Shown here: positions 11,509 to 21,566 of the stretch, piece after piece
Layout of the letters: every line of letters begins with the position of its first letter
Numbering within the stretch: the first letter of the stretch is position 1
From: Naegleria gruberi
Lineage: Eukaryota
NCBI GenBank assembly: GCA_000004985.1
Contig: GG738907.1
DNA length: 64,000 bases
Reading direction: 5' to 3' (one strand)
Translations under genes and position numbers: made by a program
The notes under the pieces: generated by a model
The model's input: only the letters and a program-made list of their open reading frames with translations
Told to the model about the DNA's origin: nothing
The model's database searches: none

Positions 11509-12444
11509 CTAATTGTTGCCATTCTGATTGCATTCTCTTACAAAGTTTACAAATTCCATTGTAAAAAGTGAAACTCTCCATGCACGTTTTTTGAAAAGTG
11601 GAATAATGTGTGGATTCTCGCTCAATAATTGACGATATTCATTCTTCTCAACAACCAATTTGTAATCCTTCTTTGGATAGAATGATTCAAACTTTGGACA
11701 ATAGAAATGAGAAACATCATCCTTATTAGTGAAAATATTCGAAATGACATAAGTGGCTCCATTCCAAACAACAGAATAGTCATTGACATTGCTCATCACA
11801 ATATCTTGCTTGTTATGACTCAGTGATGATTCTGCTATAACAGTAAACTCAATTGGTGAACTGCTGGCTCTACTAGAAGTATGACTTGGTTGTGGACTAT
11901 TTGTTGGTTGAGTGCTGTTTGATTGAGTATCTACCTTTCTCTTCTTCCTTTTGAGAAGTACGTTCTCTTGCACAAGACGAGAAATTTCAGATTGTTGTCT
12001 CTCAATTTCTGCATTTAGCCGGTTAAACTCATCAACAGGGGATGTTCTCTTCAATGATTGTTTCATCTGGCCAACTGATGTTTGCTCAGTGACAGAAGAT
12101 GGTATGTATAATTGTCTGTTACTGCTTGTTGATACTGCTGCTGTAGCTGGATTAACATGTGTGAATCCCGGTTGGTTATTATTTTGGTGGTGATATAAAA
12201 CAGTTGGGTTGACCAAATTATTTGCAAAGGTGTTTTGGATAAATTCATCAAAACTTGGCAAGGTATTGTTTAATGGCATGGTGATTATTGACATTATCGA
12301 ATAGATAACAACAATTGATGAAGGTTGTTCGTTTGTTTTTTTCTCTGTGTATGAGAAATTCTCCAAGCAGCTTGCTGGGCTTAAAGATATTGTTCCCAAG
12401 AAAAGTGACCATTTCAGGATTCTAGGAAGGACCGATACCACCAT
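11509..12444 (-). CDS. Paralog family member D (same architecture). The likely true start is the ATG at 12294 (MSIITMPLNNTLPSFDEF...)
   Basis: C-terminal block WNGATYVISNIFTNKDDVSHFYCPKFESFYPKKDYKLVVEKNEYRQLLSENPHIIPLFKKRAWRVSLFTMEFVNFVRE. Coiled coil EFNRLNAEIERQQSEISRLVQENVLLKRKKRK. Confidence 0.55.
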   Translation of the reverse strand: MVVSVLPRILKWSLFLGTISLSPASCLENFSYTEKKTNEQPSSIVVIYSIMSIITMPLNNTLPSFDEFIQNTFANNLVNPTVLYHHQNNNQPGFTHVNPATAAVSTSSNRQLYIPSSVTEQTSVGQMKQSLKRTSPVDEFNRLNAEIERQQSEISRLVQENVLLKRKKRKVDTQSNSTQPTNSPQPSHTSSRASSSPIEFTVIAESSLSHNKQDIVMSNVNDYSVVWNGATYVISNIFTNKDDVSHFYCPKFESFYPKKDYKLVVEKNEYRQLLSENPHIIPLFKKRAWRVSLFTMEFVNFVRECNQNGNN

Positions 12445-12966
12445 TCTTCCACCACAGATTTACAGAGCTTTTCAAGAAACTGGTTTAAACATGTTACATT
12501 GTGAGTGCTTGTACGGATCAGTACTTGCCAACTTCAAATGTCAATATAATTACCCTGAAATCTAGTTTGGACTTGTGTTTAGAGACGTTGATGACCAATA
12601 CATTGAACAAGGAAGGATATCAGCTTTGATTAAAAAGTATTTATTGTGATGTGAGTAGGTACATTTTGCTTTAAACTTATCATTCTATCCAATTAATGCA
12701 TTCCCTTACGACTATTGTTTAAAATGATAGGTTACCTAATTGAGAAGTGGATTGCATACTTGGAGTTTGGAATGCAGTTTACAAAGGTTGTATTAACAAT
12801 TCTCATCACATTTCTAATGTTTTCATTGTTTGCCATACAGTTAGTTGGACACCATAGATGAATTAAGAAGAAATGAATCAATTGACTTACATTTAAAATA
12901 CTAGGATTTATTCATCTTAGTTGTATTGATTAGTTGGTAGTTGACCAGCTATTCCACATAATTTGC

Positions 12967-14759
12967 TTAGAAAATATAGTTAGGGGATGGAATGTTCATT
13001 CCGAGACTGTTATTAATCTTTTCAATAACTTCTTCCTTAATCTTACTCTTATCCTTAATGTGCAATGGATTCAAAGCAAAGTGATCAGCAACAACGTTAA
13101 TGTTGGCAGCAACCTTACCACGAGTAATGGCCTTGACTTCATCACCCATAAAAGTAATACAGAGATATTTGCTTCTCTTTACATTATCTAATTCACATGC
13201 AATAACACGCAAAAGAATATGGTAGGCCTTATCTGGCAACAAGAGTGAACAACATTCATCGAATGAGGTACCCTTCTTGAACAATTTGAGGAGTTTCTTA
13301 TCCTTTTCATCATATTCAATAATAGCATAACTAATATCAGATTGTTCATCTCTCAATTCATTGTAAGCAGCTCCGATAGCTTCTTCAAATTTGATACCAG
13401 TGGATGTTGTGGCGACGAATGGTTTGGCAGATGGTGAAGCAACCTTCTTTTCAATAGTTTCTTCAGCCTTCAATTCTTCGAACTTTGAAATAGTATCATT
13501 GATCTTCTTTGGAGTGGATGGAGCAATTGTCTTTTCTTCAACAACAGGTGTGACCTTTTCGATAGCAATTGGTTCAACCTTCTTTTCGACAACAGGTTCT
13601 GGTTTCTTTTCTTCAACTTTTGGTTGTTCAATCTTCTTTTCAACAACAGGTTCAGGCTTCTTTTCTTCGACAATTGGTTCAGGTTTCTTTTCTTCAACAA
13701 TTTGAACTGGTTCAGGCTTCTTTTCTTCAACCTTTGGTTCTTCTACTTTCTTTTCAACAACAGGTTCTGGTTTCTTTTCTTCAACAACTGGAGTTGGTTC
13801 AACCTTCTTTTCTGCAACAACTGGTTCTGGTTTCTTTTCCTCAACTACTACAGGTTCTGGTTTCTTTTCTTCAACTTTTGGTTCTTCAACCTTCTTTTCT
13901 ACTACAGGTTCAGGCTTCTTTTCTTCAACAACTTGAACTGGTTCAGGTTTCTTTTCTTCAACAATTGGTTCAGGTTTCTTTTCTTCGACAACTTGAACTG
14001 GTTCCGGTTTCTTTTCCTCAACTACTACAGGCTCTGGCTTCTTTTCTTCAACTTTTGGTTGTTCAACCTTCTTTTCTACTACAGGTTCTGGTTTCTTTTC
14101 TTCAACAACTTGAACTGGTTCAGGTTTCTTTTCTTCAACCTTTGGTTCTTCTTGTTTCTTTTCAGCAACAGGTTCCTTCTTTTCTTTCTTCTTTTCAGCA
14201 ACAACAGGCTTTTGTTCAACAGGAGTTACAGTACTAGTTGTGGCAGCAGCCTTCTTTTCCTTCTTTTGAGTTGAAGGTGTTGATGGAGTGGATGGTGAAG
14301 ATGAGGCTTCTGGAGTAGCTGGAGTTGTAGCAACTTGTGGAGTACCAGCAGATTCTTGTTTCTTCTTCTTCAAGTCTTCCTTAGAGAAGCCATCCTTTTG
14401 TTGTTTCTTGACCTTCTTTTCTTGTTCCTTACGCTTCTTATCTTCTCTCTTCTTTTCTTCATTCTTCAAATCTATTTTCCATCATCACCAAATTATTTAA
14501 TAATAATAATAATCATCATCCAATTTTATCAATATAAATAATATCATCAACATCATCATTTGGTAATTTTATAAACGACAATGTGAACGGTTCATCATCA
14601 AACCATTTTTTTCATCATCATTATGAAATCGTAAATTTGTATTTTGGCGGGAAATGTTCATCCTTTAGCAAAAATTCATGTACAAAACATACCATTGAGA
14701 ATTTGGTCAATATCTTCTTCAGACTTGGTAGTGGTGGTGTTCTTCCTTGCTTTTGTCAT
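12967..14759 (-). CDS. ADF-H (cofilin/coactosin-like) domain protein with a long K/E/P/V-rich tandem-repeat region, in two exons: join(12967..14471,14693..14759)
   Basis: The long ORF begins on TTG, so I looked for an upstream ATG exon. It reads ATG (rc) at 14757-14759 ... CTCAATG|GTATGT, with the donor at 14692. A 221-nt AT-rich intron ends ...aaaatag at 14472. The junction then reads in frame as MTKARKNTTTTKSEEDIDQILND|LKNEEKK... The C-terminal ~140 aa (IKFEEAIGAAYNELRDEQSDISYAIIEYDEKDKKLL...ITFMGDEVKAITRGKVAANINVVADHF) match an ADF-H fold. Confidence 0.5.
13480..14200. repeat. Coding tandem repeats (degenerate units encoding EKKPEPVVEKKVEEPKVE-type peptides, with higher-order copies)
   Basis: The DNA shows reiterated ggttc(a/t)ggtttcttttcttcaacaa-type units. 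They create spurious long antisense ORFs on the + strand. Confidence 0.7.
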
Positions 14760-15341
14760 CTTGTTGGTGGCAATGTGTTAATTTTTTTTTCGACTTTTGA
14801 CGTGAGTCATTTTGTTAATTGGGTGTGAAAGGTTCAGCGTCAACAGTTTGCACCTTGTTACGAATAAGTAGAATAGATTTCGTCTTGCAAAAAATCGGTC
14901 AACCTGTGTAGTAATAAGAAGCATTAATGGTGTTGTTGCTTTGCTTTTGTCAGATGGTTTAGATGAAGGAGATACAATTGTTATTCGAAAGGTTTCGTTT
15001 TTAGTGTGTGATGAAGAGACTTTTGGATCTATTCCATTACAAAAAATGAAGCATCAGGAAACTTCCGATGTTCCACCATTCAAATTCCTAGAGGTCTTGT
15101 TCCATCTTTCGAATATTAAATAATTTAATTTTCTTCTCTCACTTTCGAATATCAAAAACAATGAGAAAAATAACACACAAACAATTTACAAATATAGCCA
15201 GTACTGTGAATTAACCATATAAAGCCCATCCATCACCATAACAATCATGATGACGTGTGCGACGAATTATTGTAAACAAAGATGCAATAATTTAACTATT
15301 TAACAATTTCAAAAAATCTTTAAAAAATCTTTAAAAAAAAA

Positions 15342-16010
15342 ATGTCAACAACACACCAACAAGAAGAATCCAACAAAATTGTCCAATACTTTGTGAAAAA
15401 GTACAAATTGTTGCCTCACGTTGAAGGCGGATATTATTCGGAGATTTTCAGAAACCCACTTTCTGTGAATATTCAAAATTCTTCAACATCTTCTGATTCT
15501 ACTATTAGTAGTGCCAGTAGTGAAAATTCTGTTGAAAATCAACGTAGTTTATCAACGAGTATTTTCTACTTGTTGGGTGGAGGTGATTTTTCATGTTTTC
15601 ACTCGATTAAATCCTTTGAACAGTGGCATTATTATACGGGAAGTTGTAATTTGATAATTCACGTATTGGATCCTCAAACAAAGAGATATGGAAAGTTTGT
15701 GTTGAATAATAGACCGAATGTGGAGAGTGATTTGTCATTGCAACAAGAGGATTTGTTGACACCTCATTGGGGAAGTGAAAAAGTTGAATTGACAAATTTG
15801 TCGTGTTTCATTCCTGAAAATTGGTGGTTTGCTGCTGAATTGGAGGATAAATCACCAGAAAATTATGTTATGGCAGGTTGTACTGTTTCATTTGGATTTG
15901 ATTTTAGAGATTTTGCTAAGGCTAAAAGAGATAATTTACTTGCAGAGTTCTGTAAGGATGGAAATGATAAGGAATTGGAGGAATTAATTAAAAGATTAAC
16001 GAGGGATTAA
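15342..16010 (+). CDS. Cupin-fold protein of the DUF985 / YML079w-like family
   Basis: ATG at 15342 (aaaaaaaaATG). Signature LLPHVEGGYYSEIFRNP...SIFYLLGGGDFSCFHSIKSFEQWHYYTG. Confidence 0.5.
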   Translation: MSTTHQQEESNKIVQYFVKKYKLLPHVEGGYYSEIFRNPLSVNIQNSSTSSDSTISSASSENSVENQRSLSTSIFYLLGGGDFSCFHSIKSFEQWHYYTGSCNLIIHVLDPQTKRYGKFVLNNRPNVESDLSLQQEDLLTPHWGSEKVELTNLSCFIPENWWFAAELEDKSPENYVMAGCTVSFGFDFRDFAKAKRDNLLAEFCKDGNDKELEELIKRLTRD

Positions 16011-16169
16011 TTTTTATTAGAAATTTTGAAAATGTTGAAATTATTTGAACTCAAACCATACATCCAAAATATTCATTCTCTTTTCAATTCTTGATTATAT
16101 TTACATTTTTCTTAATATCAATCGTTTGAACTTCTGAATTATTTTCTTAATCAATGAATATAATTTTTC

Positions 16170-17318
16170 TTACTGAACTTGACAATGCTTCTTCTTTTCA
16201 GAATTATCATTGTATGAATGTAATGCAGCTAAGGCTTTCACACAAACAGGCATAAAATCCTCCAATCCAATCTTTTTCAAAGAAGATGTTTCAATATAAG
16301 TGATACAACCAGTATTTCTTGCAATAGCTTCACCTTCCTCAAACGATATTGGGGTTTTCAGAGATTTGAGTGATTCTTTTGAGAATTTTAGCTCTCTGTC
16401 ATCAATCTTGCATCCAATCAGAATAATTGGAGTAGAAAATCCCTTATGTAGTCTTATTTCTGGAATGTAACAAGAAATTGCCATTTCCAATGACTCTTTC
16501 GAACAAACAGAGAAACAAACACAACTCAAATGAGAAATAGTGTAACCGTGAGGTCGGAGCCGTTCAAATCCTGGATGACATCCTAAATCCCACAACTCTA
16601 AACACACTTTCTTTTTTTCCAATTGATAGAATAGTTCAAAATTTTCGTAAACTCCTGGAATGTATTCTGGAAACTCTCCATATCCCAATGTGAAAATCAT
16701 TGAAGTTCTTCCACTTCCTGGTAAACCAAGCATTGTGCAATTGAATTTCAAATCTTTTGAGATGTTTTTCAATTTGTTTGTGAGTGGAGCTGCATCTTGA
16801 TGAATATTTTCCAAATTTTTCAATTCTTCCTTTGGAATAAACAATGTCTTTTGATGGTATGGACTAATAAAATTTGGAACTAGTATGTTTTTAGTCATTT
16901 CCATATAGTCCATCTTTTCATTCATCACTCGATTGTCAATTTCATGAAATAGTTCAACCAATTTTTCTCTGAATTTTTCTCTAATTATCAATTCAACTTG
17001 TGGCATTCCATTCGTTTTGTTTGATTCAACATGGAAATAATTTTCATAAATTGGATGATGCAAATAATCGGTGGGATAGGAGGTTTCTTGAGCATAGAAA
17101 GGTTCACTGACAAGCAGTGCCAATGCATTTAATTTAGTTTCCACTCTTAGTTTCCACAAATCATCTTCCAGCAGGAGATATCTAGAGAATGGACAAGTGT
17201 TCATGGAGGTGAGTAGAAGATTTCCGAGAGAGTAAATATCAAGGAAACGAAAAATTTCTCGCCACATGTCATCGTTTAATAGACAAAATGGCATTGTTTT
17301 ATGATCTTGAGATGACAT
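16170..17318 (-). CDS. F-box-like N-terminus fused to a degenerate Rho-family small-GTPase domain (predicted pseudo-GTPase)
   Basis: ATG (rc) at 17316-17318. The N-terminus MPFCLLNDDMWREIFRFLDIYSLGNLL is F-box-like. The C-terminal half aligns to Rho: FPEYIPGVYENF (Rho FPEVYVPTVFENY); LELWDLGCHPGFERLRP (Rho LALWDTAGQEDYDRLRP); IILIGCKIDDR (Rho IILVGNKKDLR). The P-loop is GLPGSGRTS instead of GxxxxGKT. Confidence 0.65.
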   Translation of the reverse strand: MSSQDHKTMPFCLLNDDMWREIFRFLDIYSLGNLLLTSMNTCPFSRYLLLEDDLWKLRVETKLNALALLVSEPFYAQETSYPTDYLHHPIYENYFHVESNKTNGMPQVELIIREKFREKLVELFHEIDNRVMNEKMDYMEMTKNILVPNFISPYHQKTLFIPKEELKNLENIHQDAAPLTNKLKNISKDLKFNCTMLGLPGSGRTSMIFTLGYGEFPEYIPGVYENFELFYQLEKKKVCLELWDLGCHPGFERLRPHGYTISHLSCVCFSVCSKESLEMAISCYIPEIRLHKGFSTPIILIGCKIDDRELKFSKESLKSLKTPISFEEGEAIARNTGCITYIETSSLKKIGLEDFMPVCVKALAALHSYNDNSEKKKHCQVQ

Positions 17319-17608
17319 TTTTTTTCATTGTAAACAAATTAATTCAAGAAGTGATTTGGACACATGGTAATCTCTCTTGCAAGGTTATCTTTAACAGCTA
17401 GAACCATATTACTAGCCAATCTTTCAGTACGAATCTAAATTCAATATTTGTAAATTACATTCAATAATAATACTAAATACACACGGAGTGATGATGTCCT
17501 TCAAGTCAAACCAACCAAACAATATTGTTAAATATTATCTTGTGTGGGGCATGCACAAAATTGGGAGGAATTTTATTTTTAACTAACATTTTTTGATATA
17601 TAACGTAA

Positions 17609-17680
17609 AGCAAATTGGCGCAGCGGAAGCGCGATGGGCTCATAACCCATAGGTCCTAGGATCGAAACCTAGATTTGCTA
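17609..17680 (+). tRNA. Initiator tRNA-Met (anticodon CAT), eukaryotic cytoplasmic type
   Basis: AGCAAATTGGCGCAGCGGAAGCGCGATGGGCTCATAACCCATAGGTCCTAGGATCGAAACCTAGATTTGCTA. The 7-bp acceptor stem pairs perfectly with an A1:U72 pair. The T-loop is ATCGAAA (A54/A60), which is the eukaryotic initiator signature. Confidence 0.9.
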
Positions 17681-17750
17681 TGACTTTTTGGCTGATAGTC
17701 AATGGTATTGGTATAGTAATATAAGTAAAACTAATTTTGGTACAGTCAAT

Positions 17751-19302
17751 CTAGAGTGTTATTTTCAATGATTTTAATGTGGAAAGCTGATTCTCCATTC
17801 TTACTGTAATATCATAATTTTCCCGCAAGTCTAGTTCTGTTAATTGTTTCATTAAAAGAATGGATTTAACTCCTTCATCACTCAACTCATTCTTTCTAAT
17901 GTGGAGGATTCGTAATTGTGTCAATTCACTGATTAATTTTGCACCCTTATTTCCAATTTGATTTTCACTAATGTAAAGGGTTCTTAATTGTTTTAGTTGA
18001 TTGATAAATTGAGCTCCTTTGTGACTAATATTGTTTCCACCAATGTCAAGAAATGTTAATTGTTTCAATTGGATTATCGATTTTACACCCTCGTTGCCGA
18101 TTTGATTGAAATCAGCCTTGAGTTTTGTTAAATGTTTCAATCTACATAGTGATTTTAGTCCTTCATCATTGATTCGATTGCTTCCAATTGAAAGCTTGGT
18201 TAATTTATCAAGTTTGCTGATCAAAATAGCTCCTCTAGCACCAATTTGATTGCTACTAATTTTGAGTCTTGTTAATTGAGACAATTGACTGATGGTCTCG
18301 ACTCCCTCAATGCCTATATGATTTTCACTAATAGAGAGGTTTGTTAATTGTTTCATTTGAGAAATAAATTGGGAACTTCCCACATTAATATGATTATTAT
18401 GAACACTCAATTTTGTTAAATGTTTCATTCCACTTATTACTTTCATTCCTTCATCACCAATATTATTGTAACTAATATTAAGCTTTGTCAATTGATGCAA
18501 TTCGCCTATAGAACTTGCACCCTGTGAGTTGATATCGTTATATCTCACATAAAGTTTGGTTAATTCTTTCATTTGACTAATATATTTAGCTCCTATATCT
18601 CCAATATCATTCGCAGTTATATCAAGTTCTTTCAATTGGTTCAATTCGCTCACTGCCTTTGCTCCCTCTATTCCAATTCCATTACAACTAATATCAAGAC
18701 ATAACAATTGATTAAATTGACTGATAGTTTGTAATCCATTCTGTCCAATTTGATTTCTATGAAAGTTGATCTTTTTTAATTGTTTCAATTCAGCAATTGC
18801 TTTTAAACCGTTTGTTACAATGTAATTGTGATTATAGCTCAATTCATTTGTCGTAGTGGAAAAATCAAGAGATTGTAAATTTTTCATCTGAATAAGAGAT
18901 TTCAAAACACCAGAATTGTATCTTGATAACACTTCCCCAGTCAAATTCACAACATTATCCAAAAATGGACTGAGTAATAATTGTTTGATTGTTTCATCGT
19001 TATTTGAAAATTTAAATGAAAGTTTTCCTCTTTGCTTGATGACAGTGAAAAATTGTTTAGAAATTAGCAAACAACGACTCAGAACAAATCTAGAATTTAG
19101 AAATGACAAAATTTCAAAGCAAATATCATCGGGAAATACCTCATCTATATATTGATCAAAATAAATTTCGAAAATAATCGCTGTCAAAGCATTGTAATTA
19201 CTTACTGTCACTTTCTAGAACACACTTTTTACTTGCTCGGATGCAATTCTGATCATACTCTGTGTTGCTGTTGTGATCTCTAACGCGTTTGTTTGTTGTC
19301 AT
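17751..19302 (-). CDS. F-box / leucine-rich-repeat (RNI-like LRR) protein; the 5' end is uncertain
   Basis: There are about 16 repeats of the type LxxLxISxNxIGxEGxxxISxLxxLT. The long ORF starts on GTG at 19211 with no in-frame ATG. One possible model is join(17751..19144,19233..19302): ATG (rc) at 19300-19302, donor GTAAAA at 19232, an 88-nt intron ending tatatag at 19145, and an in-frame junction MTTNKRVRDHNSNTEYDQNCIRA|NEVFPDDICFEILSFL (F-box-like). Confidence 0.55.
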
Positions 19303-19331
19303 TTTTTTGAGGGTTCCCAAAGATTTCTTCC

Positions 19332-19445
19332 AGATTCAAATCGAATTAAGAGGTAAAGGGTTTGTGTTTAATGCGTTTGGTTGTTGTCAGATTCAAATCG
19401 AATTAAGAGGTAAGAGATTTGTGAGATTTAATTTGTTTTGTTTCT
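19332..19445. repeat. Intergenic tandem duplication of ~57 nt (cagattcaaatcgaattaagaggtaa(a/g)g...)
   Basis: Two adjacent near-identical copies lie between the F-box/LRR gene start and the P450 3' end. Confidence 0.6.
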
Positions 19446-20987
19446 CAAGGTAGCTTTGATTTTGAGGTTTGTTGGTCTGATTGTAACTGCAACAGCTTTT
19501 CCAATTGGATCAACACTTTCATCATTCAATAACTCCAATTTGTATTTTCTGACAAGCTTGGTAAAGATTGCATTCAGTTCAATTAATGCAAACTTGTAAC
19601 CAATACACTTTCTGTTGGCCATTGAGAATGGCATCCAAGAAAATGAGTGTTGATATCTCAATTGTGTTTCAGCATCAGGGAAACGATCAGGATTGAATTC
19701 TGTTGGATTTTCCCAATTTTTGTCTGAATTACAGGCTTGTGCAAGACTCAATAATATACTGGTATTCTTTGGTATTTTGAATTCTCCTAATTCGACATCC
19801 TTCTTTGCAACCTTAATAATTCCACCAACAGGTCCATGCACTCTAAGAGTTTCCATAATAAAAGCATTAACATAGGTGAGCTTTTCATAATCATCAAAAG
19901 TTGGTTCTCTATCACCCAAAACGTTTTGAATATTATCATAGAGCTTTTGTTGAATATCTGGACGTTTAGCTAAAACGTAAGAAGCCCATTGGGATAAACT
20001 GCTACTAGTATCATTTCCGGCAAGCGAAAAAATAAATGAATTACTCTTAATTTCGTCTTTGGTCAAACCACCATGTTCAGACTTGGTATTGTCGAGTTGA
20101 GATTCAGTTAGTGAAGAGTTGGTTTCAATCATCATGGTTAACAAATCATTGTGTTCAGTACCTTCCAACTTGTCATTTTCGTAAATTTCCTTCTTTTCTT
20201 GAATGATTTTGTCCAACTTGGTGCTAACCAACTCGAGTGCTTTATCAACTCCAAAGTAGCTCATTACGTATGGATACAAATATTTGAGAATTGGAGTTTC
20301 TGACAAGAATCTCTTGAATAAAATACCCTTTGTTAGCAAGATTTCCAATGACTTTCTAAAGTTGGATTCATTCTTGGTTGGATCGTCAGAGAATAAACCA
20401 AAATCCAATCCGAAAATAGATCTTCCCAAAACCTGTAATGTTAAATCAGAATAATCATCAATAGGCAAGATGAATGATCCATTTGCATCTGGCAATTTTT
20501 CCCATCTATGAGCTACCATCTCATCGAATGATTCACAAGTTACCTTTGTGACAAACTTTAAATTATTTGAAGAGAATGCAGGAGAACAAATTCGATGGTG
20601 TGGCTTCCACGTGTCAGCTTCCAACATGGACAAGATATTGTCTCCAAATATTTTAAATGCTTCATAGGAAGGTGGATACTTCTTGAAGAACTTTTCCTTA
20701 GTCAACAAGAGCTCCTTAATATGATCCTTGTGACTAACAATGACAATGTTTCTTCCGAGCATTGACATTCTAACAATACCAGTCTTTTTATCACCAAACT
20801 TTTCAACCATTTCTGGAACGTGCTCTGTACCAAAGTAAATGTAGGGAGCAATGAAAGGAATTCTGAAAGGAGCGAAGGCAATTTGCCAAGAACCAGGAAT
20901 ATGCTTCACTGCACTATATCTTGAATAGATTGACCATGTCAAAACAGTCAATCCAATAATTATCAATGCAACAATCCACTCTAACAT
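19428..20987 (-). CDS. Cytochrome P450 monooxygenase
   Basis: ATG (rc) at 20985-20987. N-terminal membrane anchor. Heme-binding FxxGxRxCxG motif FSMANRKCIGYKFALIE. ETLR-type K-helix motif (AFIMETLRVHGP). PxRF-like PERF region (NPDRF). Confidence 0.8.
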   Translation of the reverse strand: MLEWIVALIIIGLTVLTWSIYSRYSAVKHIPGSWQIAFAPFRIPFIAPYIYFGTEHVPEMVEKFGDKKTGIVRMSMLGRNIVIVSHKDHIKELLLTKEKFFKKYPPSYEAFKIFGDNILSMLEADTWKPHHRICSPAFSSNNLKFVTKVTCESFDEMVAHRWEKLPDANGSFILPIDDYSDLTLQVLGRSIFGLDFGLFSDDPTKNESNFRKSLEILLTKGILFKRFLSETPILKYLYPYVMSYFGVDKALELVSTKLDKIIQEKKEIYENDKLEGTEHNDLLTMMIETNSSLTESQLDNTKSEHGGLTKDEIKSNSFIFSLAGNDTSSSLSQWASYVLAKRPDIQQKLYDNIQNVLGDREPTFDDYEKLTYVNAFIMETLRVHGPVGGIIKVAKKDVELGEFKIPKNTSILLSLAQACNSDKNWENPTEFNPDRFPDAETQLRYQHSFSWMPFSMANRKCIGYKFALIELNAIFTKLVRKYKLELLNDESVDPIGKAVAVTIRPTNLKIKATLRNKTN

Positions 20988-21566
20988 TTCCGAACGATGA
21001 AAATCTTTGTTACTATTTAACTATTTAATAAATCAATCACTAATTCTCTATATAAAGTACTTGATATTAATTCTATCAGTAGTTATTATGTTTCAATTTT
21101 TTTATCAGTGTTTGGAGATGGAATTCATCAATTCATGGAGTTTTTATTCATCATCACAAGGTGCGTCGAAGAGTTCAACTAAAGTGCGTCAGACAACATG
21201 AAGGCTATTTTTTAGAGATGGACAAATAGGCTTTGATTGAGTCTGCCAAGAACAAGGCAACGCAACAAAGACATTTATGGAACATGTGTGCGTTTTTTTA
21301 AGGCGCACCAGCAATGATTCAATACTTAATAATGTCATAGGTTGATGGAGTAATGGTGGAGTATTGACTTATTTAATAGTATATTATTCAAATTGTAATA
21401 ATTAATAGGATGACTTGTTCAATTTCAATTTTTACAAAAATTCATTCTCCAGTTTGATATTGATGTTCCAGCATGAACATTGATCATCATTAAAAAAAAA
21501 GATTCAAGTCATCACACACTGATTTATTTATTAATAATTATCATCACCACATAGAATATTTGAAGA

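Noticed and set aside
13480-14200. Possible CRISPR-like array because of regular short direct repeats
   Set aside because: The repeats are in-frame coding units of a eukaryotic protein. There are no unique spacers, no cas genes, and the surrounding context is eukaryotic.
13391-14274. Long + strand ORFs (104, 222 and 216 aa) with bizarre F/L/Q-rich repeats
   Set aside because: They lie antisense to the K/E/P/V tandem-repeat coding region of the - strand ADF-H gene. They are frame artefacts of the repeat and have no start context.
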